Below, one piece after another: positions 12,010-21,648 of a stretch of 51,052 bases of DNA. The notes under the pieces were generated by a model. That model made no database searches. It saw nothing but the letters and a program-made list of their open reading frames with translations, and was not told where the DNA came from. A program made the position numbers and the translations under genes. The first letter of the stretch is position 1. Each line of letters starts with the position of its first letter. The stretch lies in NCBI GenBank assembly GCA_003990765.1, contig RBNJ01000024.1:1-51052 (forward strand), given 5' to 3'. The stretch comes from Jimgerdemannia flammicorona (lineage: Eukaryota).

Positions 12010-12425
12010 TCTAGTAGATCCAAAGCCTTGTTCTCCTCTCTTGATCTTGATGAGTTTGATGGCTTCTATGATCTTGGGCTTCTTGACTTTGTGAATCAGC
12101 ATCTGGCTAATCCTATCATGCTTCTTGACTTCAAATGGAGTGGTGGGGTTGTGATTCCTAATTATGAGAAAGATCTCACCAGTGTAATCAGGGTCAATTA
12201 CTCCTTCTTTAACTGAGATTTCGCTTTTGGCCAGACTGCTCCTAGTCTTGATAATTCTAGCATAGTTCTCTGGTAACTTGACTCCAATTCCAGTGCCAAG
12301 TAGGGTGGTGGTCTATGGTTTGAGGGTAGTATCTTGAATGCTGGCAAGATCCATTTCTATGACTCCTTCAGTCTTGTATTCTGGAATCTTGGCTTTGGGG
12401 TGAAACTTCTTAACCTTGAGAGTGA
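12010..12425 (-). pseudogene. dut: dUTPase domain between protease and RT
   Basis: LKVKKFHPKAKIP...MDLAS...RSSLAK...GVIDPDYTGEI...RISQML...RGEQGFGST. Confidence 0.9.
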
Positions 12426-12779
12426 TGTCTGATTCTTGTTCCTCCTCATAATTACTGTCAGCTTGAAGCTCTGGGGGCTGGTCATCTTCTTTGGCTTTTC
12501 TTTTTGCTTCAGTAACTTCTTGCTCATGTTTCTGTTGGCAGATTTTCCTGACTTCACTGATACAGGACCAGCAGTCATTCAGGTGTTCAGAGCAGTACAT
12601 CCTAGTACTATGGGGGCATCTTTCCTAAGAAGCATAGTCATTGATGATCTTGTTGTACCACTGCTCATCTGTGAGCTTGGGTGTCTTGTTCTTGTTCTTG
12701 TTCATCAAGTACATGAAGACCTCTGTGTCCTCTTCATCTCCTTCCTCCATGTCTGGTAGAACTCCTTTGTGGACATTGA

Positions 12780-14513
12780 TAGAGACTCATACCTTTCTCT
12801 CTCTATAGTTGATCTGTATCTTCTGGGCATTGAGGTCAATGATGACCTTGGCCTTGTGAAGCCATTGGTTGCCAATGAGGATGTCATAGTTGGTGGTACT
12901 TGTAACAATCACATCTACTAGGATAGTAGCTCCTCTTATCTTAATGGGGACTTCTCAGATTTTGCCAAGAGGGATAGCTCGTATACCATCTGCTGTAATA
13001 TAGACCATTTTGGTGGACTCTTCAACATCCCAACCTAGGCAGTCAATTGTCTTCTTGCTTATGAGGCATCCTCCAGCACTGGTATCAATGATAGCATCAA
13101 AGATACAGTCTTCAATCTGACATGGGGTATAGGCTGATGTCTTGTGCTGGTCTTCAGATTTTTCATCTGAGTTCTCAGATTCTTCCTGTACATTGTGAGC
13201 TTCTACAATCTTGTACTCTTGATTCTTAGCAGTAGTTACAAGTTCTACTCTCAACTACTGTCTAAAGGCAGGGACTTCGGCTAGTTGTCCAAAAGTGGCA
13301 TTAATCTTCTGTTCCTTGAGGTTCTTGTAGATATCATACTGGTGGATCTTGGTCTTGCACAGCTTCTGTTCCTTCTTGCTTTCACTTTCTCCTGAGACTG
13401 AAGTAGTGCCTTCAATGATTTGGCAGGCAGCTTCATTTAACTCCATGTCTTGATCAATCTTCTCTGGTTGAGTCTTGCTTTGAATAGTGATAGCTGGGGT
13501 CTTCTTTGGTCTTCCAACTGGCTTGCTGTTGCTCTTCTTGTCATAGGGCTTGGACTGGGTTCTGGTACCTTCAGTAGCAGGGTAGAATTCAAGCTCCTCA
13601 TAGTATTCTTCATCATCAGTATCACCAATCTCCTCAATGACTACTGTATTGGTTTGTTCTCTAGTTCTGCTAGCATTGCTTAATTGGGCTTTGCATCTTG
13701 TTTTGGTCATGCAATTCTTTGCATAGTGGCCTTCTTCTCTACATCTGAAGCATGTGATATTGTATTCTTCTATAGTGGCTGCAAATCTCTGTACTGGTCT
13801 CCTGTTGACACTTCAGACTTCTCTAACAATATCACCAGATGTACAGTCATCTTAGCAAACTGCTTGGTAAGTTCTTCTACTGGGTCAGCTTTGGCTGTCT
13901 TGGGGGTAAGTGGGGTTGGTTGTCTGTTTACAACTGTGGCAGATATGATACTAGTTAGCTTTGATGGCTCCATCTTGATGCCAGTTATTTTCTCCATTGA
14001 GTGTTTGGCAGAGTATCTGGCAGTCCAATATCTCTGTACAAAGACCACTTTCTGATCAAGGGTCAGTATAGCTAGGGTAGACTGAATTGCTAGGGCAATT
14101 TTAGAGTGAACTCCTTTAAGGAAGATTGAATCTGCTATTTGTTCCTTGAGGTGGTCATCATAGCCAGCCAAGACAATTTGGTGGCAGATTCGGGTATAGA
14201 ATAAGTTGGAATCTTCACTAAGTCCCTGGTAGATAGTATTGAGTTGATCCTTAAGAGCTTGCTTGATCTCTTCAGTATAGTATGTTGTTCTGAGGAAGGC
14301 CTTCATGTTGGCAAGTTTGGCTGTACTAGTATCAGTAATAGTGACTGCATTGAACTTGTCTCTGGCAGATCCTCTGAGGCTGACTAGTAGAAGGGCCAAT
14401 TGTACATCCACACTAAGGGCTCATATGGTGGCAAATTGTTCAAAGTCTTCAATAAAGGTCAGGATTGACTCTTCAGTAGTATATCCATAGAATATGGGGG
14501 GATGCATTTCCAT
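12780..14513 (-). pseudogene. gag: gag plus protease of element 2
   Basis: MEMHPPIFYG start; capsid-like ORF 13770..14411; zinc knuckle at ~13711-13756; aspartic protease-like AIIDTSAGGCLIS. Confidence 0.8.
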
Positions 14514-14633
14514 CTTATCTTGAATTCTTGCAGGGGTGACTCTTGTAGTCAGGGTAGTTTTTGTGGGGGTTGTTTATTTTTCAGCTTGAAAGTGAAGGAT
14601 TCGTCTTGAATCACCAGCCAATGGGCACTAAGT

Positions 14634-16120
14634 TGTCATGTAGTAGTCACTGAGTCCTTCAAATACACCAGATTCTCTTTAAGATATATCTCTTAGACTA
14701 ACTTAAGTTTATTATAAGCAAGTTCTTATTGGAGTGCCTTTCCAAGGTCTTATAGTCCTCAAACTTCTTATCTTTAACTATCTTGTTATCTTTTAGATGG
14801 CTTGTAAGGAATTGTGTATATTGCACTGAGTTGACTGACTTTATTTCAGAGGAAATAAGAGGGGTATTTATACAAAATATAATTTAATGGTTGCTAAGAT
14901 ATAAAGCTAAATATAAATTCCAATAACTAAAACTACTAAGTTCCAGGGTCAGTACTGATGGTTGTACAGATTCAGAATGCTGGTATAATTTGATATCATA
15001 TCAGAATACTGGTGCTGACATTATTCAGTATAACAAAGAACTTAGAGCAGAAAGTTCAGGACCATGGAGACTTCATCCTCATCATCAGAGGTCAGGATAT
15101 CTTCGAAGGAGATGAGGTCCATGAATATTTTGTCAAGATTACGTAGGTCGCATATTTCGCATATGTCAAAGTCACATGGAATAACATCATCACTAATGAC
15201 ATTATCACATTCAGTAATGATAGAAACAAGGAGATCTGGAGCTCTCCAGTCTATAAGGTTCTCTTCCACAAAATAGAGGACAAACATGAGATCTTGGAGA
15301 GGTCTAACCTGGATACTTGGGCCTTGGAATACTGAGATCAATCCTTGCAGGAATTGGTCTGGGTTGTTTTGGAGGATGGGGTGTCAGAAGTCTTCTACTT
15401 TATCACTATTGAGAGTGATAGTGAACTGGGCTTCTGTAGCTACCCTGACTTCTAGTGTATTAATACAGCAGGATGACAGGTCTCTGAAATCTGACACTCT
15501 AACATACTCTAAGTTGGAGATTGACCATGGTACATATGTACCTAAAGATCTGATGGATCTTCTTAGCTGTTCTTGTTTCACGTATATCCATAGAGATGGC
15601 ATCTTATAGCTCTTGAGTGCTGGCTTGTGGGAACTCCTGGCAGAGGAGGTTTCTTATTTTGTACTCCTGCCACATTTGGAGACATTCAGTAGCAATGGTG
15701 ATCCTTGTTTCCATTTTATGATGGTAGAGAATATAATGATAAGGGTTACCAGTACCCAGGTTGATACTAAGAGTCTTTCTTAAGCAGGTCCTCATGGCTC
15801 TTCTGATGTTTTAGAACATCCTTTCTTCAACTGAGGTGCCTTGGTGATTCCTTGACCTTGAGGTTTGGCAAGTGGCAGACATTTCATTTATGGTAAGTCT
15901 TTGAGCTATTTTAGGATTGGTGGGTCTTATTGGTTACTGCTACTGCAGTTTTTTAATTCTTCTTTTATATTCCTCGAGGTACTATACTATGGTCATAATG
16001 ACTCATAGTTGGTCATCATTGCTCATCTCATATGCTATATGATCTCCTTGTACTCTGATCTGGTGGCTTGTGAGGAAAGGCTGTCTCCTATACTAATGTC
16101 ATCATTCTGAGGTCACTGTT
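14634..16120 (-). repeat. Long 5' LTR of element 2 (outer end not resolved)
   Basis: CA end followed by ACT and a PBS-like sequence, as in element 1; TATA motif TGTATAAATACCCC at 14861-14874 (minus). The second LTR is not in the window. Confidence 0.6.
15042..15882 (-). pseudogene. U3-embedded ORF of element 2 (~280 codons, stops and one frameshift at ~15535)
   Basis: Joins ATG 15882 with ORFs 15604..15795, 15384..15602 and 15042..15341; acidic C-terminus; motif similarity to the element 1 LTR ORF. Confidence 0.6.
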
Positions 16121-16129
16121 ATATTATAT

Positions 16130-18075
16130 ATATATATACTAATATTGGAGCTCTTACTAGATTGATTACATAAGAGACCATAAGAACTACAGATTGAAGA
16201 AGTACTCTGAAAATTGAAAATCTTTATATATAATATAATAGTGGAGTTAGAAAGTATAGAAGATATAGATATTTTATATATAAAAGTCTTATATTATGAA
16301 GAAATGATAAGAGTAAAACTAAACTAGTAAAAATATAAAATAATAGATATTAGAACTGAATTAGAAGTGATAGAAAGATTTGAAAGAACAGTAGTAACTA
16401 GAGAGATAGTATTTTACTTAAGAATTTAGTTTTTAGTATATAAAATAGTACTATAGAAAGAATAGTAAAAAGAGATAGTACTGAAATAGAAAGAGGCTCT
16501 TATAAAATAGTCTGAGAGAACCTTCTTACTGATAGATAGAGTGACTGTTCTGAATGTCTATTAGTTATTTAAGTTATAGTATTTAGATTATTATCTAGAC
16601 TTTTCAGAGTAGATAACTTAGAGGCTAAAAAAGATAGTTAAGAGATAGTTGTAAAAAGAGAAGAGACTCTAAATTGGCTGAGATATAGTAGTGTTGAGAG
16701 CTACAGATAGTGGCTTGAGCCTAATTGACTTCTAGTATAGACTGAAAGTATTGAGAGACTAGTAGAAGTAAAGATTGATAAACTTAGAAGAGGAAAAGTA
16801 AAATAGATTAGTTAAGAACAATTGAGTATTATAGTTCTGTTTATAAGAAACTAAGTAGATAGATATAATAAGCTTACTTCAGATAGAGAGTATGAGCTAG
16901 TTATAATATAAGAAGTTCTGGTGAGATATAGTAAAGATCTGGCTAATTATAGGGCTGAGAATATCTAAGAAGATAAAGACAGATATAGGTCTAAGGTAAA
17001 GGTAGTAGAAAATAAAGTAGCTCTAAGTTAAAAGTAAATAGATGAAGAATATACTAGAAGAAGTAATAGAGTAACTGAGAATAGGACTACTAGAGAGATA
17101 TCCTATAAAGTGACAAAGATAGATATAAGTAAAGGCTAGATATAAGGTAAAGTATAGAGTTAGAGTGAGACTTTATAATATAGAGTACTATCTAGGTTTT
17201 AAGTAATATAATAGAAATTCTTGAGAAAAAATATGATATTAGAGTATAAGATAAACTAGATATATATCTAAGACTATTAAGAGTATAAATAGTATGAGAA
17301 AATTAGTAATAAGAAAGTACAGATGTTGAAATATATCTTGGCAGATTGTTGAGAGATAGAAGACTATTAGTAGTATCTAGAGGTCTACTAGAAAGATGAT
17401 AGTAAAAGAGTAAATAAGATAGTAGAGATAACTATTAGAAGAAGATTAGTAAAAGTAAAAGAGAATATATAGAGTAGAGTAAGAGAAATTCTTAATATAT
17501 GAGTTTTGATAATAATATACTAAAGATAAGTATTTAAAGAGAGATAGTAGATAGAAATTAGCAAGTTAATAAATAAGTGATAATAGTTGGTAAGAGAGAT
17601 GATCTAAGAATAATAATAGTAAGAGTAAGGACCTGAATAGAGACTCTGTAGAAAACTTGTAAAGATGAGAGATGTGGGCAATGAGTAGCTCACTGTAGGG
17701 TGGGTTTTAGCTATATGGGTAAGGCTGGCTGGCCATTGACTCTTTGTTTTTGAGGAGCAATAGCTGGGTTTATAGAAGAGATTATTGAGATGAAAGGAGT
17801 TGATAGGAGATTTACTGACAGAGTAGTAGGTTGAGTGGGGTCTCCAGAGTGGGTATTACTGCTACTTAGTAGAGAGAATCTGTGAGCAGAGTAGTAGAAG
17901 GGTAAAGATAATTAACAACCTAATGGTCTTTAATCAAGAAGATATAGGAGGGGGGGAGGGAGAAGTCTCTAGAGAGATTAGATAGGAGTGGGCTCAGTGT
18001 ATTATATATAAGATGGATGGAGATATTAATAAAGTCAAGTTCTTCGGGACCGCTGACACTTGAAAAAAAAAAAAT
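16130..18075 (+). mobile_element. Heavily decayed 5'-truncated L1/Tx1-like LINE
   Basis: Decayed translation resembles RVTVLNVYWLPKLWY..LDFPEW and GGLGLIDF of the LINEs at 47-51 kb; ends AATAAA, hairpin, poly(A) at 18028-18074. Confidence 0.7.
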
Positions 18076-18471
18076 TGAGATATTAATAAAAAAATAAAAA
18101 AAAAAAAACTTGTAAAGAAGATTTGTAAGTAGAGTAGAAGGAGAATTATGATAGTAGAGGAGATGGTAACTTTCTGAAGAGATAGAGAGAGAAGAGAAAG
18201 AACTGGCTCCTTGTAGGATTAAGTAAAAAATATATTTGTATTAGTATAACATAGACTAATTAGTAATAAAGTAGAAGTCTAAATAACTATAATAATAATA
18301 ATAATAATAATAATAATCTAAGAATAGTAATACTAAAAGAAATACTAAGATATAGATACTCTAAAAAAAGTAATAGAGGTGATACTAGAAAGTTGTAGGC
18401 AGTTTTTGTTTAGAGAAGAGAGAGTTTGATAGAAGAAAGAAATAAGTTAGATAGTAGAGATATATTAGGAT

Positions 18472-18831
18472 TAGTATTTCTAAATAAATTAAATTAATTT
18501 GAATTAAATCAAATTGAAAATTTTTAAATTTGAATTATATTGAAATCTGATTTAATTCAATCAAATTGAATTGAGGTCTAATTTAATTTAAAATATTTAT
18601 TCCAAATTTAAAATATAATAACTCAATAGAAATATATCCAAATTTAATATTCTATATTGTACTAAATTCTCTATTATATATAAAGTATATTGAATAAGCT
18701 AAAATTGAATTTTGAAAAATTAGATTTGATTTAGATTTCAAATTAAATTGAATTGAGTCTTAATTTGAATTAAATTAAATTAAATTAAATTAGAGATAAA
18801 TTTGATTCAATTCAATTCATTCTAAGTACTA
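18472..18831. mobile_element. MITE/foldback-type non-autonomous DNA element
   Basis: Imperfect TIRs TAGTATTTCTAAATAAATT and AATTCATTCTAAGTACTA; AATTG/AATTC subterminal repeats; shares internal sequence with 28551-28896 and 31604-31750. Confidence 0.6.
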
Positions 18832-19193
18832 GTCAGGATCAAGAGTTCTTAGGCTTTCTGTCTTATAGCCTCTAGTATGACTAATTGCTAGTATGGTAAG
18901 TAGATACTTTAATATATATAGATCAGAATAGACAGATTAATAAAGTGTTCTGGTATTTGTAATAATAATAATATATATATATATATTTAAATCTCAAACA
19001 TCTCAAGCTACTTATATCTAATAAACTATATAAATATATATTTGGGTGAATTTACCCCACAACTGTTATCTAGGTAATAACCATAGCCATGATAGTTTAT
19101 TCATACATACTGACAACTCAACTAGTCTAGCAATTTCATCACTAAACTACTCAGCTACCTAACCTTTGACTTCCTAGAACACAACTATATATA

Positions 19194-21237
19194 CTATGTG
19201 CCCATATTAAGTTTACATACTGAATTCAAAAGATCTTGAACCCATGGCAAACCTACATTCTCCACTATACTCCTAGCTATTATGTACCTATTAGGAAATA
19301 GCTTATCATATCTCACTTTAACTACACTGCCTTTTGCAACACTGCCCAGTCTGTTTGATGGAACCTCAACTACTACACCTAGCAACCTTCTCTCCACTAT
19401 GCTCTCCACCACTTGCCTAGATATGGGAAACGCCGACACTATGTACCATTTTGATGAAAAAATTGAGCTTTCACCATACTACTTTCTTCTGTGTCCATGT
19501 CGTAGTCAAAGTCCGCTTCCATCAAGTTCACCCTGATGTCTATCGACCTATCAGTTATTTCTTTCCAAAACAGCGTCCCACCAGGGTTGTATTGATCATA
19601 AGCTGCTGTAACTGATTGAAACACCACACCGTCTTGATGTACTCGCTGCGACTTCAACCTGCTTATATTCTCTGCTGTCACCCTGTGGTATATGGGCATT
19701 CTTATGCCAGCTCTCCGCATTGACCTCATACTTTGTTCGTCATCCACTAATGCGCTGATTCGAGTCGCCAAGTCACCTCGCATCATACTCTTGTCCTTAT
19801 ACACTACATCGAAACACCACCAAACTCTGTCCACAATCTCAACATCCAACACCATCTCACAAACTATGAACTCACTAAGCATCTCACAAGATCTAACACC
19901 CTCCCTCCCTATACGCACTATTGTCCCTCCTCTCATCACCGCCAGAGCTCTCTCTCCATCCATCATATTCCTAATAACATAAGCATCAGGGTGCATCGCT
20001 TCTGCCATATCTTCATCCAACAACATATTGTTCCTAACAGGGGGGCTTTGTAGGCAAGCCTCTCTCCTTAAGAAACGCAATTGTTTCAACTATCAACTTC
20101 CTTTCTTCACCAACAACTCCGACACGCTCCACTATCTCCATATCAGCACTTGTCGCTTCAAATTTCTCCATCTTCTTCGCCGCCTCATCAATAAGAACTC
20201 TAGTATCAATCGCTGGTTCACTAAGCAGCACAGGGGTCGTCGGCTCAGATATAGTGACATTGGTCTTGAGCCACTTGGTATTGATCGAAAACGTGCTTGC
20301 ACCTTGATACACCTTGGTTTCTCTCTTGATGATCTCTTCATCACAAGAAGCGATAACGGACAATGCTGATCCATCAAACACTATATTGTGGCCGATTTCA
20401 CTGGCCAGCTGCCTAGCGGGAAACTCATCCGGACCTCCTTCCCTCGGATACACCCAATTTGACTCAATCTTGTCCTTCTTCATTCCAACGTGTTTGTCTC
20501 TCGCCTCATCAATGTCTGTGAATGCCACAATCCTCCTCTTCTTCGACAACACTCTACTCAGAATTTCCTTCATGCTGCAGAAAGCCTCCTTGTCATCCAC
20601 CGAACAGTTATAACTAAAACCGAACACTACAGCATCATACTGATAGTCATCCATCATTATGCTCCATGATGTTCTATCCTTCAAAACACCACATTCAGCC
20701 GCATTTGGTGACTCTGCTTCAGCTCCTGATACTTCTTCTTCGACTCGGCTAGACACTCTTGACAATGTCCTACCACTGTTAGACGCCTAACATGTGCTTG
20801 CTCGTAGATCTCATAGTCACACATTGTCTCTCCAATTTGCAGAACGTCGAACTGCGATGGCAAGTACTGTTTTAATACAATTGCTTTGCACATCTTGTTA
20901 CTCATCGCCTTGTTGCTGCCGTAATCCCGTGTCTTCTGGATGCAGTTGCTCTGTTAATTTCAAACTTTCTAGGCTCAATAGGCTTCAACGCATAGTACTC
21001 TTCACTCTCCACTAAGCCCTTGTATTCTTTCACCGGAAAGGTCGTAGGTTGCATCAATCTCCCGAGCACATATTCTTCTTGTTTCGTTAACACCATATCC
21101 AACGCTTCCTTTATCTTCTCCGCCCCAATGCCTTGCTTGTTGTCGCCGTTTTCCTCTTCCTCCGAATCGCTGTCAAAGAAATCGTCATCGTAGTCATCTG
21201 CACAGAACCTTGTGACACTGACTTTAGAATTCCACAT
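19194..21237 (-). pseudogene. Intronless mRNA-capping-enzyme-like fusion (N-terminal guanine-N7 methyltransferase-like, C-terminal guanylyltransferase/OB-like); four frameshifts; candidate endogenous viral element
   Basis: MTase-like: RR-MSNKMCKAIVLKQYL (cf. R.FNNWIKS.LI), DVLQIG, YDAVVFGFSY. GTase-like: YVIRNMMDGER (motif I), VLDVE (III), CFDVV (IIIa), DGVVF (IV), LFWK...SIDI (V), KVRYDKLFPN (VI). Confidence 0.72.
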
Positions 21238-21648
21238 AGATGGAGCTTATACAATAAAACTCGGAAGCTTACAAGTGATTTCGCACTCATAAACCCTTGT
21301 TTTACGTTATAATTGAATAAACTATATATTAAGGACTAAATATTTAAAAAAAGTCTACTATTAAAAAACCTTTTCAATTATTTACTAAAGCAATTTGAAA
21401 TATTGTTCAGCTGTACTATATATGAGCTCGAGTCCTGTAATATTTGACAAAAACCATGTGAAGTTAAGCAAGCAGTTCGCAAACCAGCAAACGTGGAACG
21501 TAGCTTCAAGCCACTGTGACCGGTAAATTCAGGTGATAGATTTTGGTCATGTGATGCTGTCATTACTATACACAGATGAAACAAGCACACTTGGATTCCC
21601 CCTCTTCCCGCCGATAGCTCATTAACGTCAATATAATTACATATCGAC

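Larger units (their letters stand above)
10110..16120 (-). mobile_element. Second Ty3/Gypsy element with dUTPase, interrupted in integrase by element 1; LTR truncated by a LINE
   Basis: Minus strand: LTR end ...ATGACA at 14634; PBS-like TAGTGCCCA; gag ATG 14513; CCHC CFRCREEGHYAKNC; PR IIDTSAGG; dUTPase; RT LCIDYRKLN and LDLFSGFYQI; RH; IN zinc-finger region abutting 10110. Confidence 0.92.

Noticed and set aside
11698-14490. Hydrophobic plus-strand ORFs (11698..12216, 12436..12759, 13684..14055) as a possible env-like gene
   Set aside because: Antisense to A-rich gag/pol codons, which generates Leu/Phe/Val-rich shadow frames.
19439-20089. ATP-dependent DNA or RNA ligase as an alternative identity for the nucleotidyltransferase-like ORF
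   Set aside because: The motifs are shared across the superfamily, but the P-V segment before motif I, WK...SID after motif V, RxDK..PN and the fused cap-MTase-like domain favour a capping enzyme. Not fully excluded without a profile search.
20902-20905. ATGA stop/start overlap suggesting a prokaryote-style operon of small genes
   Set aside because: The methyltransferase-like motif runs across the junction (RR|MSNKMCK), so a one-base frameshift in a single ORF explains it better.
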